A stretch of 63,175 nt of DNA, the filler included, from Octopus bimaculoides (Eukaryota): NCBI RefSeq assembly GCF_001194135.2. It is 5 parts of 5 records of this genome, joined end to end, with 100 filler letters (N's around TTAATTAATTAA, not from the genome) between each part and the next. Parts side by side here need not be neighbours in the genome. Positions count along the whole stretch, not along the records: positions 1 to 16,366 come from NC_068989.1; positions 16,467 to 38,033 come from NC_068982.1; 3 more parts are not named here. One strand, written 5' to 3'. The position numbers were made by a program, and so were the translations under genes. Of the stretch, positions 13,289 to 26,759 are shown in pieces. Under the pieces are notes generated by a model. The model saw only the letters and a program-made list of their open reading frames with translations, did not search any database and was not told the DNA's origin. The stretch's first letter is position 1; each line of letters begins with the position of its first letter.

Positions 13289-15700
13289 CAGGGTTGCCAC
13301 TCATCAAATAATAAAACATCCAGGTTATTTCCTGCAAAAAACCAAGATCCTATTTTATAAATCCAGATGTTAGAAACTTAATATATAATTGGTAATTTAA
13401 TAAAAAAAATATGTTACATGACAAAATGAATACAGAATTTAATACTTACTTTATATCATATGGTAGCTAATTATCAATTTCGTACATATCTACATCATCA
13501 TTTACCCCTTCAAAGGTGATAATGTCATTTTCTTCCTTTTTGAAGTTCAATCTACTCGTATATCTAAGATGACAAGACCGAACCACTACATCTTTAATAA
13601 GTTTAGCGTTCGGCTCCCAAGAAATGCATGACGCTCCCTTTCTTGTAATTACTAGTTTAGCGAGTCGATCGGTGATCGTTTCGGCCTTCAACCTGTTTTT
13701 GAACTTTGTCTTTGTGCAATTTACTTGGAAAAATATGCCCTCCACGCACGCTGATGAATGAGGTAACATCGTTAAATTAGTAATGAATTGTGACAGCCTC
13801 TCAAATTTAGAGTGCTCAAGTCTGTCTTTAAGATTGCGTATGGAATACCAGAGTTCAGGGATGCTTTTTGAGGAAACAGGAATATCTTTATATTGCCGAA
13901 ATAATCTCCACTCATCGTCTAGTTCACCAAGTGTGTTTTCTGGCGCAATTGCTGGAAAGTTTGATGACAAGGGAATTATCGAGTGAGGAGAGTTAGTGAC
14001 ACCACGCGCTACTTTTGGATCAAATATTTCTAAGAGGGAAAACACTCCAGCTTCATATTTGAGGGCATAATTCTATTTTTCAATCAGTTTTGAATCTGAC
14101 TGAGTCACCAACGATGGGGGTTTGATCTAGATATCTCATTGCGCATCCACCGAGGTAAATATCGCTCATATCTTTGTGATTTGTTGTGTTATTAAGATCA
14201 ATATCTGATAATTTAGATACAGCTAAAACATCCTTTTTTATAAAGCAACAAAAGATACTTTTATATTCACTAGATACGAGTGTATGCTACAAATGCAGTC
14301 GAAAGTGTTCCGATTAAAACTCGACATTAAGAGCATTTACTTTCTTTAATATATAATGTAAGAAGAGCAGCAAGTGCTTCGTCCCTTTGTTAATCATTGT
14401 TTCATAGATCCTTTTTGCTCCGTCCACTTTTTCTTCTTTAGCCTCAGATTGAAAATAACGTACAAGGGCGTCCCACTGTTCTATTATTACATTAATTACA
14501 TTTTCACCCGACAACCATCTAGGTTGCGAAAGCTTTGGAATCTTGTTTTCTTTTGTGCCAACAACACTTTGTATTATATTGAAGTCATTTCGACGTTTGC
14601 TACTTCGAGAAAAGTAAGAAGTTAAGTCTTTTAAAAAGGACTCGAGATACGAAGGTACACTTCACTGCATGACTTGAACAAAGTGCAAACAAATGGCAAA
14701 CACAGCCTATTGTAAATACAGTCGGAATATCGTTTCAATAACTTTTGAAACCCGCTCTTGTTACCCATCATTGTTGAGCAATTATTATTGGCAAATCCAA
14801 GTATGTTACTCATAGATACATCTTCTTTTGTAAGCGTAGACTTGACAGCATCGTAGAAACCCTGAGTCGAACCATTTTCTATTACAATTGCATCCAGAAG
14901 AGCGTCCTTGACATTAAGCAATTGTTCATCAAAAAAGCGAACAACTATTGCTAAGATTTGTGTCACCGAGATATCCGTACTCTCATCTACCAATAAAGAA
15001 AACTTTTGTTTCTTGAAAATTTCTAAGATTTCATTTCGTTCATAATGTGCAATTCCGTCTTGCATAATGTGTGTTTTTTGCTTTTTTTTTTTCATTTGTA
15101 GATTTTTAGCTATTTCACTATCGGGAAAGGTCTTTTTACAAATCTCAGCTAAGTGATTTATATGTATGAAAGGTATGTGATGTTCAGCAATATAACCTGT
15201 TAGTAGCAAGTTTGCCTTAGCTATTTGTTCATTTAATGTGTAATCTGTTTTTTTTAAACAATAAATTAATCTAATTTAATAGCAGATTTCGCACNNNNNN
15301 NNNNNNNNNNNNNNNNNNNNNNNNNNNNNNNNNNNNNNNNNNNNNNNNNNNNNNNNNNNNNNNNNNNNNNNNNNNNNNNNNNNNNNNNNNNNNNNNNNNN
15401 NNNNNNNNNNNNNNNNNNNNNNNNNNNNNNNNNNNNNNNNNNNNNNNNNNNNNNNNNNNNNNNNNNNNNNNNNNNNNNNNNNNNNNNNNNNNCAACACAA
15501 CGTTGCAACAAACGCAGTAGCAGGTGTCAGGATTTTTATCATCTTGCTGTAGCCAATCTTTAAGCTCAGCATCCTCCAACCACGACTTCTTGAAATTTTG
15601 GGTGTACCACTTCCTCTTTTAGGACACACTATTGTCTGCCATTACTTCTCAAAGGGTTACAAAATAAAAACATTTACTAAAAATGTTGTTAAACAAATTT
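13289..15700 (-). mobile_element. hAT-superfamily DNA transposon with fragmented transposase (13467-15629)
   Basis: Terminus CAGGGTTGCCA at 13289-13299. Transposase pieces: N-terminal CxxC (DTCYCVCCNV), FSLLVDESTDIS (first catalytic D), KLSQPRWLS (RW motif), and the dimerisation region MLPHSSACVEGIF. Multiple frameshifts/stops; second catalytic D appears as N (ANNNCSTMMG). Confidence 0.85.
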
Positions 15701-16010
15701 TAAATTGCGAGTAACAATTTGTTTCTTGAAATTGCACCTTCAGTTCTGCCTATGTGGACTTTTCAACCAGCCCAAAAATCAAATGCACCAGAAAAATAAA
15801 CAATTCCATCACACAATTTTCAAAATAAGCGTAGAATCTTAATGGGTACTGATAGTATATTATAATTAAAACAACCTTTACAAGTTTTGCATGTTTTTTT
15901 GTTTTATTAATAATGGGAACTTGTACATAAGAATTTATAGGCCTAATTTATTGACATTTTCATTTTATAATTTTAAAAAATATACAATAGCAATAATATA
16001 ATATATATAG

Positions 16011-16041
<31 letters not shown>

Positions 16042-16366
16042 AATATATATATATTCATTTGGTACTTATTGTTGGTTGAGATATATATCTAATTATTGTT
16101 CTACTTACGATCTGACGAGTAGCTATATTTTTGAATAGAACTTATTTTCGATAATTTCAATTGATTTTAATCGATTTAAATTTCTTTTCTATTTGAAAAT
16201 TGGTTATGAAACACGTGTAATCTTTTTATTATATTTATCTTATGATATTTACTTTACTTTATATTATACTCATTTATTGTGCTTTTAATTATTAATTTTT
16301 CTATATGTGATAGTGGATTTTCATCGATGAGTTCTTGAAAATTGGTTATTTTCCCTAAAACTATAT

Positions 16367-16466
16367 NNNNNNNNNNNNNNNNNNNNNNNNNNNNNNNNNN
16401 NNNNNNNNNNTTAATTAATTAANNNNNNNNNNNNNNNNNNNNNNNNNNNNNNNNNNNNNNNNNNNN
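16367..16466. other. Artificial scaffold join: 44 N + TTAATTAATTAA + 44 N (also 38034-38133, 59601-59700, 61896-61995)
   Basis: Four exactly identical 100-bp constructs; the 12-mer has stop codons in all six frames. Confidence 0.92.
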
Positions 16467-16503
<37 letters not shown>

Positions 16504-16504
16504 A

Positions 16505-16551
<47 letters not shown>

Positions 16552-16689
16552 ATATTTGTAAACAAACCCGTAATCTTGATAAGTTACGGAGTAAATATAT
16601 TAATATTACTATATATTATTATATAGTTATCATTGTATGTGCGTGTGTGTGTGTGCGTATTTGTATGCGTGTGTGTGAAATAAAATGAG

Positions 16690-17250
16690 ACAACAAAGCC
16701 AAGGTTGTGTTGAACTTATACAACATTTACGAAGAGAAAGATAGTCTTACAACTGTTTCTATCCCTTCATCAGAGACAATAGGAGAAGGTTAATTAGAGG
16801 GAAATAGTAAAGTTCAATATAAAAAGCTACTTTGGAAAAGGATGGATAGTGTAGAGGCATAAATTCCATGTGCTGTTAATTCAAAGGGATCTTGTGGTGT
16901 GAATGGAATTTTGAGAATGTACTGGTAGGGATAGGTAGATAGAGAGAAGAGAATAGATATGTATGTTAGGAGGAGAATGATATTAGGCAAAAGGCACAGG
17001 GGTGGAAAGAAGAAAGACAAAAATAAAGAAATATTAAAAACGGGTACTAGACTGAGATCACGATATCGTGAGGGGGTAGAAGAGGAGCGCTATCATGATA
17101 AAAGGAATAGGGGAAGCATCGAAGGAAGAGATAAGAATGTAAGGAAGGAATATGTGTGAGAAGTGGGCGGTAGGGTGATATGTTAGAAAAGCACTAAGGT
17201 GGAGAGATAGGTAAAGGAAATGGTACAGGGTGTGTAATAAAATGTGTAGT
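16690..17250 (-). mobile_element. PLE terminal-repeat remnant (pyrimidine-rich tract followed by a decayed hammerhead)
   Basis: Minus strand reads GTCT-CTGATGA-AGGGATA-GAAAC-AGTT-GTA-AGAC at 16777-16744, downstream of a long pyrimidine-rich tract, the same layout as other PLE ends here. Confidence 0.55.
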
Positions 17251-17420
17251 ATANNNNNNNNNNNNNNNNNNNNNNNNNNNNNNNNNNNNNNNNNNNNNNN
17301 NNNNNNNNNNNNNNNNNNNNNNNNNNNNNNNNNNNNNNNNNNNNNNNNNNNNNNNNNNNNNNNNNNNNNNNNNNNNNNNNNNNNNNNNNNNNNNNNNNNN
17401 NNNNNNNNNNNNNNNNNNNN

Positions 17421-17457
<37 letters not shown>

Positions 17458-19969
17458 CGGGCCTCTTTCTGTTTCCATATACAAATTCCTCTGATAGAAC
17501 TTTAGTCGCCCAAGGTATCTTAAGTACTACGCAGGCTTCTTATCACAAAATCACGCCTGTTGATATATGCATACATTTATACATATGTATTCATATGTGT
17601 ATGCATATGAGTGTGTATGTGATGTGAGTGTGGGTTTGTGTTTGTACATGCATGTGTGCAAGTGGGTGGGATTGTGTGTGTATGTATGCATGTATTTATG
17701 TATGCATGTATGTATGTACATATGTATGGTTGCGTGTGGTTGCAGATTGTTTGTATGAATATAGAGAACTATATAATGTGTATGATGTGGGTTTGCTCTA
17801 TAATGCATACGTCTAGCTGGTGATTGAAACTTTCACCACAACTTGTAAATTTATTTTTCTTTTTGTTATATTATCCTCAGAATTAAAAAAATACATACTT
17901 ATGTGGCGCCTTTCAGCATCCATATGAATGTATACACCTATAAATAAGTATATATTTTGATACATCATGTTCATACATGCGGGAACACACAATATCTCTA
18001 TCACATTTTCTACCTCACACGCATGTATATGTAAACTCATATATACATTGCTAATCATACTGAAATATGAAACGATTTCTTAATAAGAAATTGATTGATA
18101 TGTTACATAATGAAATTGATGTACATAGTTTCATTTCACGTTTATACAGAAATGATGATTTCCATTTTGGAATATCAAAAGAGATTCTTTGCCTCGCTAC
18201 TGTGACAATGTGTACATCTTTAATAAATCAAAAAATACATCTGCATATGCTTGTATGTGAATTTTTGTTTTCCCCTTTCACACACACACACACATACACT
18301 CATTATTGGCTTGTCTTCCTCTTTTGCATATATATGAGTGTGTATGTATATATGTCTTGTGTATGTATATATGTCTTGTGTGTATGTATATATTCTAGAG
18401 AGCATATGTATTGGAGAGAGAGAGTTGCGCAACGGTAGCCGATATGCAAGCGTATACATTTCATTTCATATAAGTACTTTATATATATACATCTTTCTAT
18501 ATGTGATTACTACAGTAAACCGTCTGCGAGATATATACTGAAAAAAGAAACACTATAAACGCACCAACACATACAGACACTCGTGTGTGTGTGTGTGTGT
18601 GTGTGTGCGTGCGTGTGTGTGCGTGTGTGTATATATGTGTGTGTGTGTGTGTTGGTGCGTGTATGTATCTAGGTATTTTCATTAAAGCAAAGTTTTACAA
18701 TCATACCTCATATTTAGATGTGTGCGCGCGTTTGCGTGCGTGTGTATGTAAAATAATTTTTTGAGCATATCATTGTATGTACACACACGTTTTACATACA
18801 GGCACACACACGCATAAGCGCACACATATATTTACATATGAGGAGTCAGTACATATGTACACACCTTCAAACGTTTATCATTCAGAAATGCACAACCGCT
18901 CACACAAACCTCGCCTCACCCAAACATACATACATAACATACATAAATACATACATACATACCCATCCAGAAAACCACATTCCCAACCACCTACGCTTAT
19001 ATAAATGCACGCAGAGCTTTCTACAGACTTGTATTATAACAACATAACAGAAGAATGAATAATGACGGATGCTACATATAAGAAAATTAAGAATTTAATT
19101 TACGCATACAATAGTCTGCGTTTTTAAAACTCATACCCGATTGTTGTATAATTATAATTATATCCTTGCAGAACTTTGTGTATGTATGTTGAGTATGCAT
19201 TAAAGGTACGTCTGTACATGTANNNNNNNNNNNNNNNNNNNNNNNNNNNNNNNNNNNNNNNNNNNNNNNNNNNNNNNNNNNNNNNNNNNNNNNNNNNNNN
19301 NNNNNNNNNNNNNNNNNNNNNNNNNNNNNNNNNNNNNNNNNNNNNNNNNNNNNNNNNNNNNNNNNNNNNNNNNNNNNNNNNNNNNNNNNNNNNNNNNNNN
19401 NNNNNNNNNNNNNNNNNNNNNNNNNNNNNNNNNNNNNNNNNNNNNNNNNNNNNNNNNNNNNNNNNNNNNNNNNNNNNNNNNNNNNNNNNNNNNNNNNNNN
19501 NNNNNNNNNNNNNNNNNNNNNNNNNNNNNNNNNNNNNNNNNNNNNNNNNNNNNNNNNNNNNNNNNNNNNNNNNNNNNNNNNNNNNNNNNNNNNNNNNNNN
19601 NNNNNNNNNNNNNNNNNNNNNNNNNNNNNNNNNNNNNNNNNNNNNNNNNNNNNNNNNNNNNNNNNNNNNNNNNNNNNNNNNNNNNNNNNNNNNNNNNNNN
19701 NNNNNNNNNNNNNNNNNNNNNNNNNNNNNNNNNNNNNNNNNNNNNNNNNNNNNNNNNNNNNNNNNNNNNNNNNNNNNNNNNNNNNNNNNNNNNNNNNNNN
19801 NNNNNNNNNNNNNNNTATATATATATATATATAGTGTAAACAGAGTTAGCGGTTATTCTAACCGACTAAGGGATAACATGTCCGTATATACCATCGCTAT
19901 CCGTTACCTATATTATCTCCGGGCATTGGTGTGCATGCACACCATACATGTACAGTACAGATAACAACA

Positions 19970-20620
19970 GGTTTAGCCCAATTTCATCCCCTTGTAGCTT
20001 TTATTGAACTGCTGAATTACCAGTACTAGTTGTCTCTCGTTAACCACAATCCCATAGATTCCCTAACTCTTCCCTCATTCATGTTTTAACGTTAAGATGC
20101 TGAAGGACATAAACGGCCCCGTGTTATCTATTCACTGACTTCTCCGTATCTTTTTTTCATTTTTCATTTCTTGTTTATTTTATAAACAAATCTTTTGTAA
20201 TGGTTTTAACTTGTGACCTCGGTTTAGATTGTAACTGACCAATTGCAGAGACCGCAGGACTTAGACTTTCCCCATTGTGGACCATAGGTGGGACTCGCGG
20301 TATTAATTTCTGTGAATAAGTTTTTTTCTTAAGCACCTTACGAGTGTTTACTGTAACTTGAGTTTACTCCGTTAGCATAGGTACTGCCCTTTGACAATTA
20401 CGTTAGTTTTTTTTCCTTATGTATAGTTTCTTGATATCTTCTTTTTTAAACATCCTGACCCCTACTTCAAATTGCACCTATCCGTTAATAAATTGTAGTA
20501 TCCCCTAGACCATTACTAGCTCACTCTTTTACCTATGCCCCCTGTAGAATCTGATGGCAAATTATTTGCTATTAAAATATTGGGCTTCTAGACTATTTGT
20601 CTAATCCATGTTTTTTCTTT
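19970..20620 (-). mobile_element. Highly degenerate PLE GIY-YIG endonuclease fragment
   Basis: Manual translation with several stops: KRRYQETIHKEKKLT*LSK...TASPTYGPQWGKSKSCGLCNW, similar to the C-terminal half of the PLE endonuclease at 47600-47975. Confidence 0.4.
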
Positions 20621-20874
20621 CCTTCTTCCCTTTGTTTATATTGTATGCTCTTGTTTTAACTTTGATGAAGACCCGTTCCCTTAATTCGAATGCCCTGAGA
20701 AGATGAAGAACTTCATTCTCGCATTTATTTATAGGCTGCATTTTGGCAACCGATCAGTAACGGCCGCAAGATATATTACGTCACCTATTTTGTTATGTCA
20801 TGCTTTGTATTAAAAATAAGCTATAAATATTGTCCAATCGATGTGCTTGTTAACCTGTCGTTTTCTCCATTTTA

Positions 20875-20917
<43 letters not shown>

Positions 20918-23900
20918 GCATGTATGTGTATGGTGTGTGGAAATGCATGTATGAACTAATGTTAAGAATTTAACCTGTACCAAGCGTACGCCCTTCTAGA
21001 AATATAACAGAGAAAAACCTTCGAGTGTAAAACAATTATAAGACATAGACGGGCTCCAAACGAACTATTAAAAGAAACTTGAGTATGCCACGCAGTAAAC
21101 ACCTGGGAGATCAGTCAGCACAGTCTTCGTTGCATTAAAAGCTCCAATACATCTAGCATAATATACTAACTAGCTGAATACACGCTCCTTTTTATAGCTG
21201 CTTATGTGTCTCAGCATGGAGATGTGTAATGACTTTTCACCTCCCTCCTCACCATATGCATCAGCAGTTAGATGCCAAGCTTTCGAACTATTTTATACCT
21301 AGAATTATCAGCACAAGTTTTAAAAACAACTGTCATCTTTTTTTAGGAGCATATTAATATCACAACATATTGCAAAGTACGATTACAGTAGATAAACGCA
21401 TCAATGACACTCTACATCATGCTGTTTGTACAGAACTCTATATCTGCATATTTTAATATGCGTCCATCAAATTTCAGGAAGGCTTAATAATCGCATCACA
21501 TATAGGCAATGTACATAGAGGAAAATCTGCCATAAAAAGTATGTTAACTATGTGTGGAAATGTACTTACGAATGTCAGCCCTTGTGCATTTAGCCAAAAA
21601 AGTACTAGGGCAGCCGTTTCCAACTGGCTCACATGAAGTTATTTGAATACAAGCATGCCGTTCTTGTTTCACGTATGCGAACTTTTCTATATAACGTGTC
21701 CGGAGTTTGAAATTGCAATGCGATGACAGTCAGTGCAGTCAAGATTACGAGTTCTTATTGATTGTCAATGAGATTTACATGTATCATAATTTATAAAAAT
21801 TAAGTGAACAGAGACAAAATTAAAAGATATATAGAAAACATATAAAATCTTGTTATTATCCATGAAATACTACACCACCATTCAATTATCATGTCGACAA
21901 AAATATTTTATTGTAAAAGCAGGAGAGACAGATATACTGACGGCAATTTGTCTTTCATATATATAATAGATTGTCTGATTGATTGATTAATCAAGTGAGT
22001 GTTTGATAAATATTTGACTGATTGAAAGTGAGGTAAATAATAGACAATAAACCCCATACTGAGACATTGACATGATAGATGGCGATATTGAACATCAGAC
22101 TCATCTATTTAATTACTTCATTCAATTGAATAAATGGTCCGAATAACACATTTATCAACAATGCATGACTACACGTCCGCTTTCTGCCATACTGACTTCA
22201 AATATCTTTTTTCTTTCTTTTTGATTTCTTAATTTGGCGAAAATCAAGTTTCTGACCCGCTTCCTATTCATGAACGGACACAATCTTTTTATATTCTTTC
22301 GAACTTTCGAATGACAAAATGAGTAAGTGGATATTATATAGAACGTCTAGCACAAATATCCGTTCACACTGATTCTAACCGTTTTATTTCTTTTCTTTTC
22401 ATTTCATTATGGCTATAATGGCAAATATTGAGAAGGTTATGTATCATTTTGGCAGGCATTACATGTGATCACCCAGTGTCCTATAGCGGTGAAGTATTAT
22501 AATTTGTCTCACTACCTACCTAACCAGTGGGGTAAATGATTTCGACCAGGCGCATACTTTTAAATCCTGGAATGAAATTTTCCTTTTTTATCTTTTTAAG
22601 TTATATTTTATTTAGATTTGACTGTCGAGAAGATTAATGGCACATTGCACTTGTATTGAATTGTATTCGGAGAGTTGATAGACTGCTATATAGAACGCAA
22701 TGCATTTCACGTATTGAATTGAAATCCGCCCGAGAAAAATGATGTCACTATGTGAACCGGTGATTGACGAGAATATTGGAGGTGATAGTGTGTAGTATGT
22801 ATTTCATCATTTTTTCATCTTCACCGTAATACCTACGGCGAGTTAGCTACTAGAGTGCATCAGACATCGCTTTTCCCTTTCTCAGCTGTAAGAATAACTT
22901 TCCCTTTATAAATGTCCCTAAAATTTCACACAGCCTCGTCGCCACGCCTCATATAATTCCAACTCATGGAATATTTCTCCATACTCAAACATGTTTACGT
23001 AGAAGATTGGAAATAAAAACACCATATGCATGACAGTGACATTCATTTAAAATTATGCCTGGTGTCAAGGAAAGGACACCAAGGCAAGATGAGAGAAAAA
23101 ATACCTAAGAGATGCATATACATATACACACATATATACAGATTGAGTTGATCATTGGTTTAACAAACATGTTCTGGTGATCTGATGAGAGAGCTTCTAT
23201 TATTCTCTTGATTTCTGAATATACAGTTATATATAATTTCTTTCACATTAAAATTACTACTTCATGCAGAAAATTGCGAAGCATCCATGATCCTAAGTAT
23301 GTCATGTGGTTAAAAGCATCTATGTTTACCTCTCATATCTCCTGTTTTTTATGGCTTATATATACAGGTATGTACAGGCACGTATAGAAATGCATACGTA
23401 TTTATATACATATATGTATGNNNNNNNNNNGAATCCAACCCACTGAGGGATGATATTTATCCAATATAAAGCTGGAAGCAAACCCAATTATTATTATACT
23501 AGTGTTTTTTCATTGCATGGCAATAACATTACCAAGTGCTATAAATGGGTGCGGATAAAGAGTTATTTTGCCATTAATTTACATTGCAATAAGAAAATGG
23601 AGGGGATTAATAGGTGGTATTCATCAACTTGCAGACATTGTATTGTGTCAATTTACTCGTTTATTAGTTTATTAAAAGGATAATAATAACAATATACAAA
23701 CACACATGACATATTATGTCATATCAGTAATTATCAAAATGATATATAGTGACAGAGAATGGGATATCTTTCAGCTGTTTCAGCCTAGAGGTGACATGCC
23801 TCGTTCTATCTTTATCACTCCAGTAGACTGAAGTAGAGGGAAGTAATTAATAGATGAAATATATGAAATAGGGACACATGAATGATTCTCTAGCCCTCTT

Positions 23901-24079
23901 CAAAGATTTTATAAAGTTCATAAGGTTAAGATAAAAATAAAAACGATATAAAAATATAAAAAAACGTAAAAACCCACATACATATGCATACTTTAACATA
24001 TACATAGATATACATAAATAAACATAAATACATAAATACATATATGTACATTTAAATGTACATACACAAATGTCCATAC

Positions 24080-24560
24080 ACAAATATGTATATGTAAGCA
24101 AAACTCCGGAAGAAAACCAAAACATTCAGATAGGGACCGTCAGACACTTACGCGAATTGTTAGAAAGGATCACAAAAGTACAGAGCATTGGAAGAATGTT
24201 ATTTTCTCGAACGAGTCATCCTTTACTTTATTTCCGACCACGTATAAGTGTGAAGACTGTCAAAAGAAGCATTTGACCCAGACTGCCTTCTTCCAACTGT
24301 TAAACATAGAGGAGGATCTGTCATGATCGGGGGTGGGGAGCTATATCTTAGAAATCCGCCGGCCCAATGGTTTACCTTCATGGCAGAATTAACAGTGAAG
24401 ACTATTTAAGCATTTTATCAGATCAAATTCCTCCTATGGTTGCGGAACTGTTCCCGGAGGGAAACTCAATCTTTCAGGATAATAATGCACCAATTCAAAC
24501 AGCTAAAGTTGTTACTGAATGGCACGAGGAACATTTTAGTGAAATTGAACATCTTATACA
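24080..24560 (+). mobile_element. Tc1/mariner DDE transposase fragment (decayed)
   Basis: AFDPDCLLPTVKHRGGSVMIG...AGPMVYLHGRINSEDYLSIL...SIFQDNNAPIQTAKVVTEW, matching the Tc1 TVKHGGGSVM and FQQDNAP motifs. Confidence 0.85.
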
Positions 24561-24971
24561 TATATATTCACGCACACATACACACACGCATACACACACA
24601 TACGCGCATGTACATTTCTGGTAGTATCGCTTTCGACTAGAGAAATTGAGTAACTAGTTTGTGGAAACTATTATAACCCTCATTTCTCTATTCTCCTCTT
24701 TCCTTTTCTTCTTCTACCTCTTTCTCTTCTTTTCCTTCTTTCCCTTCTTTTTCTTCTTTTTCCTCTTTTCCTTTTCGCGTAATATTTCATTTTCCTGTAT
24801 CATCTTCCATTTTCTTCTTCATTCCCATTCTCCTTCTCGTCTTCTTTCTTCCTTGTTTTCCATCACTCTCCTTAATTTTTTGCCCTGCATTCCCTTATCT
24901 TTTTTTTTCTTCTTTTTCACGCTGGTCTTCGAGTTAATTATAAATATCCATACCTCATATATATATATATT

Positions 24972-25077
<106 letters not shown>

Positions 25078-25476
25078 TTTTATTGAGGTATATATCCAAA
25101 TCGGTTTTTGCATGTTTCTGTTTATATCCACGCATATGTATGGCTGCAAATTTGAGAGCTTTTATCTGTGTTTATCTGTATGGTTGAGTACATGTGTATG
25201 TGTATGCATATATGTTTATCTGTGTGTCCGTGCATGTGCTTGTCACATGTATGTAATTGTAATACGTCCGCGACGTCCACGATATCGCTGGTATTATTTG
25301 CTATATTAAGTTTTCAGATCGAAAATCTTGGCTAAAACTTAACGCTTCCTTCTCATAAGGCGAATACACATTTAGTTTGCTCGTTATTTTCTGACAGATG
25401 AAAGAACTTCCAAAACTCCAATACAGTTATATAAATTGCTCTCAGTCAGCTACCAGAACAATCACATACTACAACC

Positions 25477-25518
25477 ACTACTACTACTACTACTGCTGCT
25501 GCAGCTGCTGCTGTTGCT

Positions 25519-25596
<78 letters not shown>

Positions 25597-25645
25597 CATA
25601 AAAGCAGCAAAAACACCAATGATAATGATAATAATAATAATAACG
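25477..25645. repeat. Compound (CTA)n/(CTG)n/(TAA)n microsatellite
   Basis: Direct observation. Confidence 0.95.
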
Positions 25646-26366
25646 CATGTCTTCAAAAATGTCGCAAATTCTTTTAAGAAAGGAAACTCTCGATGCATTT
25701 CTGAAATCATGAATAATAATAATGATAATAAAACTACAACAACAATGCTAATAAAAATTACAACTACAACAACATACACCTCCCAAAACTGATATTGTTC
25801 TCTGGATGATTGGAAGTTAGATTCCATAAACGTTTCAGTTAAGTTATACTCAGGAATTATTAAATATAATTTACATAACATGCTATGACTTCTACAACGG
25901 AACTGCTTTTCCACAATTTTAGATTTTGTCTTTTTGTTCTTGTAACTTATTCATATTAAAGTAATAGTTTGAATAGAAAATATCTCAGCTTTTTATTGCC
26001 ACTTCAATGGTTTCTAATACAGATCAAATGAAAAAGATCAGAACATATATATAATTAGTCATACGAAAGGCGTCATGCTATTTTCACTCGAAAAATAGTT
26101 AATTCAATACAATTTTTATGAATCACTTTATTTAAATACATGAGTAGTTTCGATTAAATGTATATGTGCGGAGATATCTATATCTACACACAAATACAGT
26201 CACAGGCATATATGTAAGTATGTTAATATATGTATATGAGTGTGGATATGTATACGTGTACGTGTATACATATCAACGTGGATACATACCTGTATTTATA
26301 AGTGTAAATATACAACTAGATAGATAGATATATAGGTAAATAGATACATAGAGGTAGGTGAGTAGG

Positions 26367-26399
<33 letters not shown>

Positions 26400-26598
26400 T
26401 TAATGAGAGACGATTGATAAATACATAAAATCAATGATAAACAAATACACATATATACATAGAATGCATGTTTCTACACACACCTACATGCACGTACACA
26501 TATATGCATACATGCCTGCATATATACATACATACATACAAACACACACATACATACATACATACATACATAAATACATACATACATGCATACATACA

Positions 26599-26629
<31 letters not shown>

Positions 26630-26759
26630 GTCACCCAGACTTTCCTTGTGGATGATTTTCAGATTTATGCTAAAAATATTAACAATATTAATATAATTTT
26701 CAGTTGACGTATGAATTGAATTTGTACAGAACAAAATTTCTTATGTAATTCTTCAACGG

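Noticed and set aside
16411-16422. TTAATTAATTAA as a biological motif (homeodomain site or PacI palindrome)
   Set aside because: Occurs only centred in identical 44-N flanks; artificial spacer.
23182-23214. CTGATGA + short hairpin (hammerhead-like)
   Set aside because: GAAA box and stems I/III absent.
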